Assembly (NCBI GenBank): GCA_035259145.1
Contig: DATFWQ010000135.1
Span: 1 to 62,309 of the forward strand
Length of the DNA: 62,309 nucleotides
Direction of reading: 5' to 3'
Origin: Candidatus Dormiibacterota bacterium
GTDB taxonomy: Bacteria; Chloroflexota; Dormibacteria; Dormibacterales; Dormibacteraceae
Shown: positions 1 to 11,959 of the stretch, piece after piece
Layout of the letters: each line of letters opens with the position of its first letter
How positions within the stretch are numbered: the stretch's first letter is position 1
Program-made: the position numbers and the translations under genes
Notes under the pieces: model-generated
What the model saw: the letters and a program-made list of their open reading frames with translations, nothing else
What the model was told of the DNA's origin: nothing
Databases searched by the model: none

Positions 1-1
1 A

Positions 2-679
2 CCCGAAGGAACGGTGGTGGCGACCAACGCCGGCCAGCGGCTGCTGGCGCTGCGGCCGACGTTCGCGGAGCAGGTGGTCGAGCGCAAGCGCCGGGCTCAG
101 CCCATCTACCCCAAAGACCTCGGCGCGATACTCGTGCGAGCCGACGTGTCGCCCGGCGACCTCGTGGTCGAGGCCGGCACCGGCACCGCTGCCCTCACGC
201 TCGCCCTCTGGCGCGCGGTCGGCCCCTCGGGCCGGGTCGTCTCTTACGAGGTGCGCGAGGACTTCCACGCCGCCGCCCGCACCGTAGTCGCAGAGGTGAC
301 CGGCGGGCTGCCGGCCAACCTGGAGCTCAAGCTGGGCGACGTGTACGAGGGCATCAGCGAACGGGACGCCGACCGGTTGATGCTTGACCTGCCCGAGCCC
401 TGGCGCGTCCTCCCAGGGGCAGTCAACACACTGCGCGCAGGCGGCATGTTGTTCGCTCATTGCCCCAACATCAGCCAGGTGCAGCGGCTGTGTGACGCCC
501 TGCGGGAGGCACGCGGCTTCGGCCTGATCGAGACGGTCGAGGTGCTGGAGCGGGGTTGGACCATCCGCGGCCGCAGCCTTCGGCCGGCCCACCGGATGGT
601 GGCTCACACGGGCTTTCTCACGTTTGCACGCCGCCTCGCGGGCACCGAGGTCTTCGAAGCTGAAGGCGAAGGGTTCTAA
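2..679 (+). CDS. trmI: tRNA (adenine-N1)-methyltransferase, TrmI/Gcd14 family; 5' end runs off the window
   Basis: PIYPKDLGAIL motif, then the SAM-binding VVEAGTGTAALTLAL motif and LDLPEPW. The frame stays open to the window edge, so GTG at 14 is probably internal. Confidence 0.8.
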   Translation, partial: PEGTVVATNAGQRLLALRPTFAEQVVERKRRAQPIYPKDLGAILVRADVSPGDLVVEAGTGTAALTLALWRAVGPSGRVVSYEVREDFHAAARTVVAEVTGGLPANLELKLGDVYEGISERDADRLMLDLPEPWRVLPGAVNTLRAGGMLFAHCPNISQVQRLCDALREARGFGLIETVEVLERGWTIRGRSLRPAHRMVAHTGFLTFARRLAGTEVFEAEGEGF

Positions 680-701
680 CGTTGTGACCGTTCTGGATTG
701 A

Positions 702-2537
<1,836 letters not shown>

Positions 2538-2541
<4 letters not shown>

Positions 2542-3251
2542 GCTTCGCGGACCCGCACTGCCACACCACTGCCTCAGATGGCATGGTGGGGCCCGCCGAG
2601 CTTGTCGCCGCCGCCGTCGAGCGGGAGCTGGCTCTAATCGCAGTCTGCGACCACGACACGATGGCCAGCGCGGCCGAGGTGCAGGCGCGAGGCGAGGACT
2701 CGGGGCTGGCGGTGATCTGCGGCCAGGAGATCACCACCCGCTGGCCCGCTCAAACTCACGTGGTCGGGTGGTTCCTGGAGAGCCCGGTGCGGAGCGGCAT
2801 GAGCCTGGCGGACACCGTCGATGCCATCCACGCGCAGGGTGGGCTGGCCGTGATTCCGCACCCCTTCATGCCGACCTATTTCGCCAGCTGCCAGCCCGGC
2901 ATGCTTGCCCGCTTGATCGAGCAGCACCCGATCGACGGAATCGAGATCCTTCACAGCTCGCCGACCTCCGCGGCCCGGCAGCAGCGCCTGGCCGGCTTCT
3001 ACAACGCCAACCGCGAGCGCCTTGGCGCGGCCATCGGCGCGAGCGACAGCCACTTCGGAAGGTACGACCTCGGTCAGGTCCTGACCGAGTTCCAGGGGAG
3101 CTCGGCTGACGACTTTCGCGCGGCGGTGCTCGCGCGGCGCACAACGCCCAGGCGCGGCAGGCCGGCCTCCGTGCCCCCCGGCGTGGTTCTGCGCCAGCAA
3201 TGGCGCAGCCTGGTGGTACTGCCCGTGCGCCGGCTGACAGGCCAGCTCTGA
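2538..3251 (+). CDS. PHP-domain metal-dependent phosphoesterase; proposed CTG start in a CTGA overlap with ftsY
   Basis: The ADPHCHTTASDG motif (PHP motif I) lies upstream of the first canonical start at 2583. CDHD and HPF motifs lie downstream. See findings. Confidence 0.75.
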
Positions 3252-3340
3252 TACCGCTCGCAATGACCGGTGCTGCAAGCGAGCGGGCGCGCCCCGCCCA
3301 GTGCCCTCGCCAGATCGGCTGACGAGCCTCTTGTCTGAGA

Positions 3341-4117
3341 CTACTCTCCTTCTCGGGAACCGTTCGCGGCAAGCTCGAGCAGCACCTCGTGCACGGCCGC
3401 CGGCGCCGCCAGGATGTCGCCCGTCTCCAGCCAGGCGTCACCGCCGGACCAGTCGCTGACCCGGCCTCCCAGCTCGAGCACCAGGGCGGCTCCAGCTGCG
3501 ACGTCCCAGGTGCCCAGGCCCAGCTCGAAGAAGCCGTCGAAGGTGCCGCAGGCCGTCCAGCCCAGGTCGAGCGAGGCGGCACCAGCTCGCCGCAGGTCTT
3601 CGAAACGAGACAGTGCACCGACGAGAACGGGCATGTAACGCGCGACGCGATCCTTGCGTCGAAAGGGGAAACCGGTGGCAACGACTGCGGTGGTTGGATC
3701 CCCCTGCCCCAGCGGCGGCAGCCCTTCACCATTGAGCGTCGCTCCCAGGCCCCGTTGGACAGCAAACTCGATGTTCAGCCACGGCCCGATCACAACGCCA
3801 ACCTCGGGCTGTCCATCCTCGAGCAGCGCCACCGACACGCCGACGACAGGCAGTGCGCGCGTGAAGTTCGTGGTTCCATCGAGGGGGTCGACGGCCCACC
3901 GCGTACCGGCCGCCGCGCCGCCCCGCTCCTCGGCCAGGATGGGGATCCCCGGTGCACGCTGGAGGAGAACTTCAACGATGGCACCCTCACTGGCGTGGTC
4001 GGCGTCGGTGACGTAGTCACCTGAGAGCTGCTTCAGCTCGGCCGAGCCGTGACCGAGTCCGGTCCGCCGCAGGACATCCGCTCCGGCGCGGGCGGCCTCG
4101 AGCGCGATCTCTAGCAG
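3341..4117 (-). CDS. inositol monophosphatase family protein (SuhB-like); start probably CTG
   Basis: ILAEERG, WAVDPLDGTTNF and WDVAAG motifs. Only the C-terminal ~258 aa of the 581-aa track ORF look like IMPase. Confidence 0.8.
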   Translation of the reverse strand: MLEIALEAARAGADVLRRTGLGHGSAELKQLSGDYVTDADHASEGAIVEVLLQRAPGIPILAEERGGAAAGTRWAVDPLDGTTNFTRALPVVGVSVALLEDGQPEVGVVIGPWLNIEFAVQRGLGATLNGEGLPPLGQGDPTTAVVATGFPFRRKDRVARYMPVLVGALSRFEDLRRAGAASLDLGWTACGTFDGFFELGLGTWDVAAGAALVLELGGRVSDWSGGDAWLETGDILAAPAAVHEVLLELAANGSREGE

Positions 4118-4413
4118 GAGCCCTGGCCTCGTTCTGCCTCGAGGCCCAGACCGAACATGGCGTCCAGGTCGTGCTGCGAGAACTGCTGGAAGGCGACCAT
4201 GGTCTGCGTTCGTTCGATCCCCTCCAGCCGAGTCAGCTCTCTGGTCACAACGGTCGCCAGCTCGTCGTGCTCGCGGACACGGACGATCGCGACAAAGTCC
4301 CAGTCGCCGGTGACGGTATAGACCTCGGCCACCCCTGCGGTCTCCGCCAGCCTGGGTCCAAGGGTGGCCAGCCCAGCCCGGGTGGCCCTGACGAGCACGA
4401 TCGCGGTCAGCAC
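4111..4413 (-). CDS. stand-alone Lrp/AsnC ligand-binding (RAM) domain protein
   Basis: A 100-aa protein with the VYTVTGDWDFVAIVRV...LEGIERTQT pattern typical of the Lrp/AsnC C-terminal domain. No HTH domain is present. Confidence 0.7.
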   Translation of the reverse strand: MLTAIVLVRATRAGLATLGPRLAETAGVAEVYTVTGDWDFVAIVRVREHDELATVVTRELTRLEGIERTQTMVAFQQFSQHDLDAMFGLGLEAERGQGSC

Positions 4414-4438
4414 GCTGCCGAAGTCTATCGTCCCGCGT

Positions 4439-5101
4439 ATGCCGCGGATGGTTCGCGATGATCCACTGGATCCAGACCCGGGCTTTGCCGAGCTCTACGG
4501 ATCGATCCCGGATGCCGTCGACCTCGAGCCCTGGCTCGGCTGGTGCCTCCAGGCGGGCGGCACCGTCCTGTACCTGGGCGTTGGCACTGGCCGCCTGGCG
4601 GCCCCCCTCGCGGCCGCCGGCATCGATCTGGTTGGCGTAGACGCCCACCCGGGCATGCTCGAGCGCCTTCGTGCACGCTTGCCCGATCTCGAGCTGGTCC
4701 ACGAGCGGATCGAGGACCTCGATATTGGCCGTCGCTTCCCACTCGTGATCGGACCGTCGAGCATTCTCGATGATGCCGGTCGCCTGGCGGTTGCGGCGCG
4801 ACACAGCTGCCACCGGGTTGCGCTCGAGCTCTTGAACCCGCACTGGTTGCTCGGCCCGGAGCACTCGGCGATACGGGTCCTCAACGCCACGGCTGAGCAC
4901 GCTCAGATCGAGCTCGACTATCCGGGTGGTTGGACCCAGTCGGCTGCGATCCCGTTGCGCTGGCCCGAAGACATCGAGAGCTTTCTTGACGGCGCCGGCC
5001 TCCGGCTGGAGGTCATGCGGGGCCGCGACCCCGATGAGAATCTGACTCAAAGCTCGACGTACTACGTCCTTGCACGGACAGCACACCGGGCTTCTGCCTG
5101 A
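4439..5101 (+). CDS. class I SAM-dependent methyltransferase
   Basis: VLYLGVGTGRLAAPLA...LVGVD glycine-rich SAM motif. ATG 4439 or 4448 is preferred over 4364, which would overlap the divergent Lrp-like gene. Confidence 0.7.
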   Translation: MPRMVRDDPLDPDPGFAELYGSIPDAVDLEPWLGWCLQAGGTVLYLGVGTGRLAAPLAAAGIDLVGVDAHPGMLERLRARLPDLELVHERIEDLDIGRRFPLVIGPSSILDDAGRLAVAARHSCHRVALELLNPHWLLGPEHSAIRVLNATAEHAQIELDYPGGWTQSAAIPLRWPEDIESFLDGAGLRLEVMRGRDPDENLTQSSTYYVLARTAHRASA

Positions 5102-5163
5102 CAGAGTCGAGGGACGGGCCGGCTCTGGCGGCAGGCCGAAGGTGGAGGAGGCCCGGCCTTCGA

Positions 5164-6708
5164 CTACCCGCCGCCCTCTTCGTCACGGCTGGCGTGAAGC
5201 CTTCGTACTGTGTCGACGGTGTCCGCCTCGTCTGCCCGCTTGTCAGGCCTGTACCGCACCACGCGAGCGAAGCGCAGCGCCATCCGGCCGGCGTAGCGCG
5301 GGCTGGTCTGAATCCCGTCGAAGGCAACTTCGACCACCAGCTCCGGCCGCAGGTAGACCGTCCAGCGGTCTCGGGTCGCCTCCAGGCGGATGAATTCTCT
5401 GGTCTGCCACTCGAGCATCGCGTCGGTGAGCCCCTTGAACGTCTTTCCCAACATCACGAAACCCGTCTTCGCGGGATCCCGAGCCGCCAGGTGCAGATTC
5501 GACAGCCAGCCCTTGCGGCGGCCATGGCCCCACTCGGCGGCAATCACCACGAGGTCAAGCGTGTGATGTGGCTTGACCTTGACCCAACCGGCGCCGCGAC
5601 GCCCAGCCTCGTAGCGAGAGTCCAGCGCCTTCACGACGACCCCTTCGTGGCCACGCGCGAGCGCCTCATCGAAAAAATCCTTCGCCTCGCCCAGGTCGCC
5701 GGGGACCAGCCGCGGCACCCACAAGGCACTGGGCAGCACTGACTCGATTCTGGCGTAGCGCTCGGAACCGGGTAGGTCGATCAGGTCGGAACCGTCCAGG
5801 TGCAGCACGTCAAAGAAGAACGGCGTCAGAGGAGCCCTCTGCCGTAGCTGAGCCACGTCCCCGCGGCTGGCCGCCCGGCTTGCGGTCTCCTGAAACGGGC
5901 GCGGATGCCCGTCGGGCCGCAGCGCAATCACCTCGCCATCGAGGACCACCGCCTTCAAAGGCAGACCCAGCACCGCTTCGACGACCTCGGGCACTCGGTC
6001 GGTGATCGGATCAAGCGTCCTTGTAAATACGGCGACATCCCGGCCGTCGCGATGGACCTGGACCCGGACACCGTCCAGCTTCCACTCCACTGCAGCCGGG
6101 CCCACCTGTTCAAATGCTGCTTCAAGCGATGGCGCCGTCTGGGCCAGCATCGGCTGCACCGGACGTCCCACCTGCAGACTGAACCGCTCCAGGCCGACGG
6201 CGCCGGAGTCCAGTGCCACTTCGGCGACCGCCGGCAGATCACCCGCCAGCATGGCCGCCCTCCGCACTGCGGCAGCGTCGACCCCGGCGGCCCTGGCGAC
6301 GGCGTCCGCCATGATGCCTGCCAGCGCACCCTGCCGCAGCTCGCCCCCGACCAGCATTACGAGGAACCGCTGCTCAGACGCGGTCGCCCGGCTGAACAGC
6401 ACCGTCAGCTCGTCACGCCTTATCGCAACTGATCCGGCCCCGCTGGCCTCCTCGGCGCGGGCAAAAGCCGCGTCGACCTCGGTGAGCTTCAGGCCTGGTT
6501 CGGTGGCGGGCGCCGGCAGTCGCCGCACCGAGGCCCAACCGACCCCAGGCCGGCGCTGGCGCAGCTCGCCCGACAGGTAGCTCACGGCCACCGCGATTTC
6601 ATCCGGCCCCGCTCTGCGCAGGCAACCGGCGATCGCTTCCACTTTGGCGAGCCGTGAGCGGGTCGACGCGACGACGTCCGAGGTCGAGACCAGATCGGCA
6701 AGCAGCAC
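5164..6708 (-). CDS. ATP-dependent DNA ligase (three-domain, with N-terminal DNA-binding domain)
   Basis: Adenylation motif I EWKLDGVRVQV (KxDG), plus FFFDVL, EGVVVK and WVKVK motifs. Confidence 0.85.
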   Translation of the reverse strand: MLLADLVSTSDVVASTRSRLAKVEAIAGCLRRAGPDEIAVAVSYLSGELRQRRPGVGWASVRRLPAPATEPGLKLTEVDAAFARAEEASGAGSVAIRRDELTVLFSRATASEQRFLVMLVGGELRQGALAGIMADAVARAAGVDAAAVRRAAMLAGDLPAVAEVALDSGAVGLERFSLQVGRPVQPMLAQTAPSLEAAFEQVGPAAVEWKLDGVRVQVHRDGRDVAVFTRTLDPITDRVPEVVEAVLGLPLKAVVLDGEVIALRPDGHPRPFQETASRAASRGDVAQLRQRAPLTPFFFDVLHLDGSDLIDLPGSERYARIESVLPSALWVPRLVPGDLGEAKDFFDEALARGHEGVVVKALDSRYEAGRRGAGWVKVKPHHTLDLVVIAAEWGHGRRKGWLSNLHLAARDPAKTGFVMLGKTFKGLTDAMLEWQTREFIRLEATRDRWTVYLRPELVVEVAFDGIQTSPRYAGRMALRFARVVRYRPDKRADEADTVDTVRRLHASRDEEGGG

Positions 6709-6805
6709 GATCAGCCAATTCTCGGTTACGGCTTGGCGTGGTGTGCCGCGCGGTTCGCGGCGGTCCGCACGCGCTGCCAGCTCAGACCTGGTATCCTGTC
6801 AAGCG

Positions 6806-7138
6806 TTGAGCCTTGACAGTCTCGAGTCACGCCAGCGCCAGGTCGAGCTGTTCGAGCGCTACGCGCCGCTCTTGACGCGGCAGCAATGCGAGGTGCTCGA
6901 GCTTTACCTGCGGAGCGACTGGTCGCTTTCGGAGATCGCGCGCAGCCGCGATACCTCGCGCGCGGCGGTGCACGACCTGGTGCGGAGGGCAGGGCAGGCG
7001 ATGGAAGCTTACGAGAGTCGCCTTGGCCTTCTGGCCGCAGATCGTCAGCGCCGCGAAGCAAGGGCGGAGCTGGCCCGAGACCTTGCATCCATCCGGCGGC
7101 GGCTGACCCGTCTGGAGCATGAGGTCGTTCGCACCTGA
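6806..7138 (+). CDS. ylxM: YlxM/p13-like putative DNA-binding protein (UPF0122) upstream of ffh
   Basis: The LFERYAPLLTRQQCEVLELYLRSDWSLSEIA sigma-70 region-4-like HTH is typical of YlxM. In-frame TTG 6806 gives ~110 aa. ATG 6644 would overlap the ligase gene. Confidence 0.7.
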   Translation: MSLDSLESRQRQVELFERYAPLLTRQQCEVLELYLRSDWSLSEIARSRDTSRAAVHDLVRRAGQAMEAYESRLGLLAADRQRREARAELARDLASIRRRLTRLEHEVVRT

Positions 7139-8490
7139 TGTTCGAGAACCTTAGCGACCGACTGGGATCGGTTCTGAAACGGCTGGCAGGGAGGGGCGTG
7201 CTGCGTCCGGAGGACGTGGACGCGGCTCTGCGTGAGGTCCGAATGGCCCTGCTCGAAGCAGACGTGAACTACAAAGTCGTCAAGGAGTTCGGCGAACGGG
7301 TCCGCTCGCAGCTCGTCGGTGTCGAGGTCAGTCCTAATCTGACCGCGCCGCAGCAGGTCGTCAAGGTCGTCCACGAAGCACTGGTAGCTCTTCTTGGAGG
7401 AAACGACCGGGGCCTTTCCTATGCCGATCGGCCGCCCACCGTGGTGCTGCTTGCGGGGCTCCAGGGCTCTGGCAAGACCACAGCCGCCGTCAAGCTGGCC
7501 CTTCAAGCTCGGCGAGATGGCCATCGACCGATGGTCGTCGGGCTCGACCTGCGCAGGCCCGCCGCCATCGAGCAGCTGAGGGTGATGGCCCAGCGCGAGA
7601 AGGTCGACTTCCACACGGGTCAGGGCGAGGCGGAGGTCATCGCGCGTCAGGCGTACGACGCTGCCGCGCGGCTCGGTGCTGACGTGGTCATCCTGGACAC
7701 CGCCGGCCGCCAAGCCGTCGACCAGGAGCTGATGGACGAGCTGCGTCGGGTCCGCTCGGCGGTGCCGGTCACGGAGTCCCTCCTCGTAGCCGACGCCATG
7801 ACCGGCCAGGAAGCGGTGACCGTAGGCAGGGCGTTCCACGACGCGGTCGGGATCGACGGCGTGTTCATGACCAAGCTGGACGGCGACGCTCGCGGTGGTG
7901 CAGCGCTCTCGCTCAAGCACGCCACTGGGCAGACGGTGCGCTTTGCCGGCGTCGGTGAGAAGCCCGCCGACCTGGAGGTCTTCCACGCCGATCGCATGGC
8001 CTCGCGGATCCTCGGCATGGGCGACGTGCTCAGCCTGATCGAGAAGGCGGAGCGGACCGTCGATCGGGAGGAAGCGGCGAAGGTGGAGCGCAATCTGCGT
8101 GCAGGCCATCTCACCTTCGACGACTTTCTCGTCCAGGTTCGCCAGCTCCGCGGCCTGGGCTCGATCGCGAGCGTGATCGAGATGATGCCGGGGGGCGGTC
8201 AGCTCCGGGGCCAGCTGGCCGACCAGGACCCCGAGGCGGAGGTGAAGAAGATGGAGGCCATCATCCTGTCGATGACTGCGAAGGAGCGGTCAGGTCGAGA
8301 CACGATCGATGGATCTCGGCGGCGGCGTATCGCGGCTGGAAGCGGGACACAGGTGACCGACGTCAACCGCCTCCTCAAAGCCCGCGAACAGATGCAGCAG
8401 CTTGTCAGGCAGTTCGGCCTCGCGGGCGCCGGGGGCCGCCGCCGGCGGGGCCGTGTCGATGGTGGATTGAACCGTTTGTTCGGCGGTTAG
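7138..8490 (+). CDS. ffh: signal recognition particle protein Ffh
   Basis: [14 protein letters not shown] and [14 protein letters not shown] motifs, plus a Met-rich M domain. Confidence 0.95.
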   Translation: MFENLSDRLGSVLKRLAGRGVLRPEDVDAALREVRMALLEADVNYKVVKEFGERVRSQLVGVEVSPNLTAPQQVVKVVHEALVALLGGNDRGLSYADRPPTVVLLAGLQGSGKTTAAVKLALQARRDGHRPMVVGLDLRRPAAIEQLRVMAQREKVDFHTGQGEAEVIARQAYDAAARLGADVVILDTAGRQAVDQELMDELRRVRSAVPVTESLLVADAMTGQEAVTVGRAFHDAVGIDGVFMTKLDGDARGGAALSLKHATGQTVRFAGVGEKPADLEVFHADRMASRILGMGDVLSLIEKAERTVDREEAAKVERNLRAGHLTFDDFLVQVRQLRGLGSIASVIEMMPGGGQLRGQLADQDPEAEVKKMEAIILSMTAKERSGRDTIDGSRRRRIAAGSGTQVTDVNRLLKAREQMQQLVRQFGLAGAGGRRRRGRVDGGLNRLFGG

Positions 8491-8512
8491 AGGCGCAGGA
8501 GGTGCTGGTACT

Positions 8513-8794
8513 TTGGTGAAGATCAGGCTGAGGCGGATGGGCGCCAAGCGGCGTCCGTTCTACCGCCTGGTGGTGGCGGACGCACGCTCGCCACGAGACG
8601 GCCGGTTCATCGAGCAGGTTGGCTATTACAACCCGCTGACCGAGCCGGCCACGGTGAAGATCGACGAGGAGAAGGTCGTCCGGTGGCTTACCCAGGGCGC
8701 ACAGCCCTCGGACGCCGCTCGGACACTTCTCAAAAGGGAGGGCATCCTTGAGCGGTATGCAGCGTCGCGAAAGTCCGGATCGGCCGCCGTTTAG
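8513..8794 (+). CDS. rpsP: 30S ribosomal protein S16
   Basis: [40 protein letters not shown] lies upstream. Confidence 0.95.
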   Translation: MVKIRLRRMGAKRRPFYRLVVADARSPRDGRFIEQVGYYNPLTEPATVKIDEEKVVRWLTQGAQPSDAARTLLKREGILERYAASRKSGSAAV

Positions 8795-9140
8795 GCGCGC
8801 CTTCGGCGGGCCTGAGAGAGGCTTCCGCGGAGGCAGGGATGGCGGCTTCCGGCGACCATTCGGGAGCGGACCCGGGGGACCCGCGGGGCCTGCCATCGAT
8901 TACAAGGCACTGGTCGAGTACGTCGCCAGGTCGGTGGCGGACAGGCCGTCCGAGGTCGAGGTTATCGCCATCGATCGGGGCCGGGGCACCGTTGCGATCA
9001 AGGTCAAGATGGCTGACGAAGACATGGGCCGGCTGATCGGCAAATCCGGTCGCAACATCGAGGCACTGCGGACGCTGGTGCGGGTCGCCTCGCTGCGCGA
9101 GCGAAAGCGCGTATTCGTGGACCTGGCGACGGGACGTTAG
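8748..9140 (+). CDS. KH-domain RNA-binding protein (YlqC-like) with possible RGG-rich N-terminal extension; start unresolved
   Basis: [19 protein letters not shown] (GxxG KH motif) in the conserved rpsP-KH-rimM position. The only canonical starts (8748, 8757) overlap rpsP. Confidence 0.75.
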   Translation: MSGMQRRESPDRPPFRRAFGGPERGFRGGRDGGFRRPFGSGPGGPAGPAIDYKALVEYVARSVADRPSEVEVIAIDRGRGTVAIKVKMADEDMGRLIGKSGRNIEALRTLVRVASLRERKRVFVDLATGR

Positions 9141-9142
9141 CG

Positions 9143-9634
9143 GTGATCAGAGTCGGTCAGGTAGTGGGCGCCTTCGGCCTTGAAGGCGCCGTCAAGGTTT
9201 CGTCCTTGACGGACTTCCCAGAACGCTTCGCGCCCGCCTCCGAGCTCTTCCTGGATGGACTGACACGCCGCGTCGAGTGGAGCCGGCAGCAGCCCACAGG
9301 TCTGGTGGTCAAGCTCAGCGGCATCGACTCCAGGTCTGTCGCCCAGGCCCAGCGCGGGCGATACCTCGAAGTGCCCGACTCCGACCTCCGGCAGCTGCCG
9401 GAGGGCCGCTGGTACCACCATCAGCTCGTCGGCATGGCCGTGACGACCGAGCGCGGGCGGCACCTCGGCACGCTGGTCGACGTCGTCTCGCGACCGGCCA
9501 ACGACGTCTGGGTCGCGAGGGCCGGGGGCGTCGAGCACCTCATACCCGCGACCCAGAACGCTGTGCTCGACGTCAACCTGGAGGCAGCCAGGATCACCGT
9601 GGCCGACTGGCTGGTCGAAGTCGAGGACGCCTAG
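9143..9634 (+). CDS. rimM: ribosome maturation factor RimM
   Basis: [16 protein letters not shown]...TDFPERF, plus a PRC-barrel C-terminus. Synteny supports the call. Confidence 0.9.
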   Translation: MIRVGQVVGAFGLEGAVKVSSLTDFPERFAPASELFLDGLTRRVEWSRQQPTGLVVKLSGIDSRSVAQAQRGRYLEVPDSDLRQLPEGRWYHHQLVGMAVTTERGRHLGTLVDVVSRPANDVWVARAGGVEHLIPATQNAVLDVNLEAARITVADWLVEVEDA

Positions 9635-9636
9635 CA

Positions 9637-10323
9637 ATGCGATTCGACGTACTGAGCATCTTCCCCGACGTCTTCGAGCCGGTGTTCCGGCATGGGGTCA
9701 TCGGGCGCGCCATCCAGCGCGGCGTGCTCTCGCTCAACGCACACGATCTTCGCGAGCACACCAGTGATCGTCACCGTCAGGTGGACGATGAACCCTTCGG
9801 CGGTGGGGCTGGAATGGTTTTGATGCCCGAGCCGATCTTCGCCGCGGTCGAAGCGGTCAGGCCCCACAACCCCGGGCCTGTGTTGCTGATGGAGCCCTGG
9901 GGGGAACCGCTCACTCAGGCGCTGGCCCATGACCTGGCGGCCGAGCCGGGCCTGATCGTCGTCTGCGGCCGGTACGAGGGGGTTGACGACCGGGTTAGAC
10001 AGCTCATCGGCAACCGGGAGATCTCCATCGGCGACTATGTGCTGAGCGGAGGTGAGCTGCCCGCCATGGTGCTGATCGACGCGGTCGCCCGTCTCGTCCC
10101 CGGCGTGCTTGGCGACGAGGCGTCGCTCGCGCAGGACGCATTCGCCGAGGGCGCCGGCGGTGGATATCCGCAGTTCACCCGACCCGCCCAGTGGCGGGGT
10201 CTGAAGGTCCCCGAGGTCCTGCTCTCCGGTAACCACGCCGCAATCGAGCGCTGGCGCAGAGCGCACGCCAGGACCGGACGTCAAACGCGAGGCGGCGCCT
10301 CGCCCCTACAGAGGTTGTCATGA
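9637..10323 (+). CDS. trmD: tRNA (guanine37-N1)-methyltransferase TrmD
   Basis: [26 protein letters not shown] and GRYEGVDDR motifs. ATG 9637 is in frame within the longer track ORF. Confidence 0.95.
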   Translation: MRFDVLSIFPDVFEPVFRHGVIGRAIQRGVLSLNAHDLREHTSDRHRQVDDEPFGGGAGMVLMPEPIFAAVEAVRPHNPGPVLLMEPWGEPLTQALAHDLAAEPGLIVVCGRYEGVDDRVRQLIGNREISIGDYVLSGGELPAMVLIDAVARLVPGVLGDEASLAQDAFAEGAGGGYPQFTRPAQWRGLKVPEVLLSGNHAAIERWRRAHARTGRQTRGGASPLQRLS

Positions 10324-10745
10324 ACGTCATCGACCAGATCGAGAAGGAGCAGCAGAAAGAAGCACCGCCCGACCTGCGCCCTGGCGACAGCGTAAAGGTG
10401 CACGCCAAGGTCGTCGAGGGTACACGCGAACGCATCCAGGTCTTCGAGGGCCTTGTGATCCGGGTAACCGGCGGAGGCTTGCGGAGCAACGTCACGGTTC
10501 GGCGGGTGACTCACGGTGTCGGTGTCGAGCGCACCTTCCTGGTGCACTCGCCCCGCGTCGACAAGATCGAAGTGCTGAGGCACGGCCAGGTGCGTCAGGC
10601 CCGCCTTTACTACCTCCGCGGCCTTGTCGGCAAAGCTGCCCGAATCAGGGAGCGCCGCGACGAGGGCACCGGCTCGAAGGCGGAGGCGCTGCGAGTCCGT
10701 GCCGCGCGCGGCCGGGGCAAGCCAGCGGACGAAGACGAGGAGTAA
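10320..10745 (+). CDS. rplS: 50S ribosomal protein L19
   Basis: [27 protein letters not shown]...VRRV. ATGA overlap with trmD. Confidence 0.95.
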   Translation: MNVIDQIEKEQQKEAPPDLRPGDSVKVHAKVVEGTRERIQVFEGLVIRVTGGGLRSNVTVRRVTHGVGVERTFLVHSPRVDKIEVLRHGQVRQARLYYLRGLVGKAARIRERRDEGTGSKAEALRVRAARGRGKPADEDEE

Positions 10746-10800
10746 GGCCCTTTACAACCAGGCTTGTCACCCGCGAGGCGGCGCGCCTAGGCTCTGAGCC

Positions 10801-11439
10801 ATGAGGACGCGGCGCCGCACTCGACGGCCCCGGCTCTGGGCCCTTGAGCGAACGGTCCACGGCATGGGCTACGAGCTCATCGCCGGAGTTGACGAGGTTG
10901 GACTGGGCCCGCTGGCCGGACCGGCGGTTGCGGCTGCTGTGGTGCTGCCGGCCGGAGTACGTCTGCCGGGCCTGAACGACTCGAAGAAGCTGAAGTCGGA
11001 GCAGCGGGAGGCATTGGACCGGCTGATCAGGCGACGCGCCATCGCCCTCAGCGTCGACACGGTCGCCCCCGAGCTCATCGACAAGCAGGGCCTGATCAGA
11101 GCCCGGCAGCTGGCGATGAAGCGGGCGGTCGAGGGACTGCCGAAGGCCGCAGAGTATCTGCTGATCGATGCCTGGGACGTCCCTGAGGTGGCGGTGCCCC
11201 AGATGTGTGTCATCAAGGGCGACGCAGAGTGCGCCTCGATCATGGCCGCAAGCGTGGTTGCGAAGGTCTATCGCGACAGGCTGATGATCGACTACGACCG
11301 GCAGTACCCTGGCTACGGGTTCGCGCTGCACAAGGGGTACGCCACCGCGGCTCACAAGCGAGCTCTGCTCGAGCTCGGGCCGAGCCCGATCCACCGCATG
11401 TCGTGGGCGCCGATCCGAGCCGTGCTCGCCGCCACCTAG
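10801..11439 (+). CDS. rnhB: ribonuclease HII
   Basis: IAGVDEVGLGPLAGP, NDSKKL and KGDAECASIMAASVVAK motifs. Confidence 0.9.
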   Translation: MRTRRRTRRPRLWALERTVHGMGYELIAGVDEVGLGPLAGPAVAAAVVLPAGVRLPGLNDSKKLKSEQREALDRLIRRRAIALSVDTVAPELIDKQGLIRARQLAMKRAVEGLPKAAEYLLIDAWDVPEVAVPQMCVIKGDAECASIMAASVVAKVYRDRLMIDYDRQYPGYGFALHKGYATAAHKRALLELGPSPIHRMSWAPIRAVLAAT

Positions 11440-11456
11440 CCCTGGAGCTGGGCCGC

Positions 11457-11771
11457 ATGGGCGAGCGGGTCGCCGCAGAGTTTCTGAGAGTACGCGGCTA
11501 CACAGTGATCGGCGCGGGCTTCCTTGCCCGCCGCGGCGAAATCGACCTGGTCTGCCGCCGGGGGAGGCGCCTCGTGCTCGTAGAGGTCAAAACTCGGAGC
11601 TCCGACGCCTTCGGAACGCCGGCTGAAGCTGTGGGAAGGCGGAAGCGGCGGTCCCTGCAAGCAGCTGCAGCAGAGTACCGCGCGCTGGCGGGCTGGCGAG
11701 GCCCTATCGACTTCGCGGTGGTCGCGATCCAGGATGGATCCGAGCCGGAGTTGATCGAAGACCCGTTTTAG
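11457..11771 (+). CDS. yraN: YraN family (UPF0102) endonuclease-like protein
   Basis: GERVAAEFLRVRGYTVI...GEIDLV...LVLVEVKTR motif in the conserved position after rnhB. Confidence 0.8.
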   Translation: MGERVAAEFLRVRGYTVIGAGFLARRGEIDLVCRRGRRLVLVEVKTRSSDAFGTPAEAVGRRKRRSLQAAAAEYRALAGWRGPIDFAVVAIQDGSEPELIEDPF

Positions 11772-11959
11772 CTGGGTTGAACGCCGATACGGTTCGTGGA
11801 TAGCTGGGCTGGGCCTCCGTATGAAGCGCCTTGGGTACTACTCCCGCGCGGGGTCACCTGTCCCGTGCTCGGGATCGGTCCCAGTGCCGGCGACGGGACC
11901 TTATGGCGAGTCAAGGGAGATAGCGAGGCGCCGGCAAATTGTCCCTCGCCGCCGTGGCG

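Noticed and set aside
3341-5086. 581-aa ORF suggesting a large fusion protein
   Set aside because: Only the last ~258 aa resemble IMPase. The upstream part overlaps the Lrp-like gene and the methyltransferase gene, which have proper motifs in other frames, and it is Arg/Gly-rich nonsense.
9277-9636. N-terminal extensions implied by the longest-ORF track (trmD 9277, cdsA 26125, aspS 39229, alaS 44029, membrane protein 47720, dprA 19160, yraN 11205)
   Set aside because: The extensions overlap the upstream gene, are low-complexity, and lie beyond the point where family homology begins. Internal starts at operon junctions fit better.
11772-11959. Possible tRNA or ncRNA in the convergent yraN / ligD spacer
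   Set aside because: No T-loop (GGTTCGAATCC-like) or cloverleaf could be drawn. There are only two short GC hairpins (GGTCCC..GGGACC, GCGAGG..CCTCGC), consistent with terminators.
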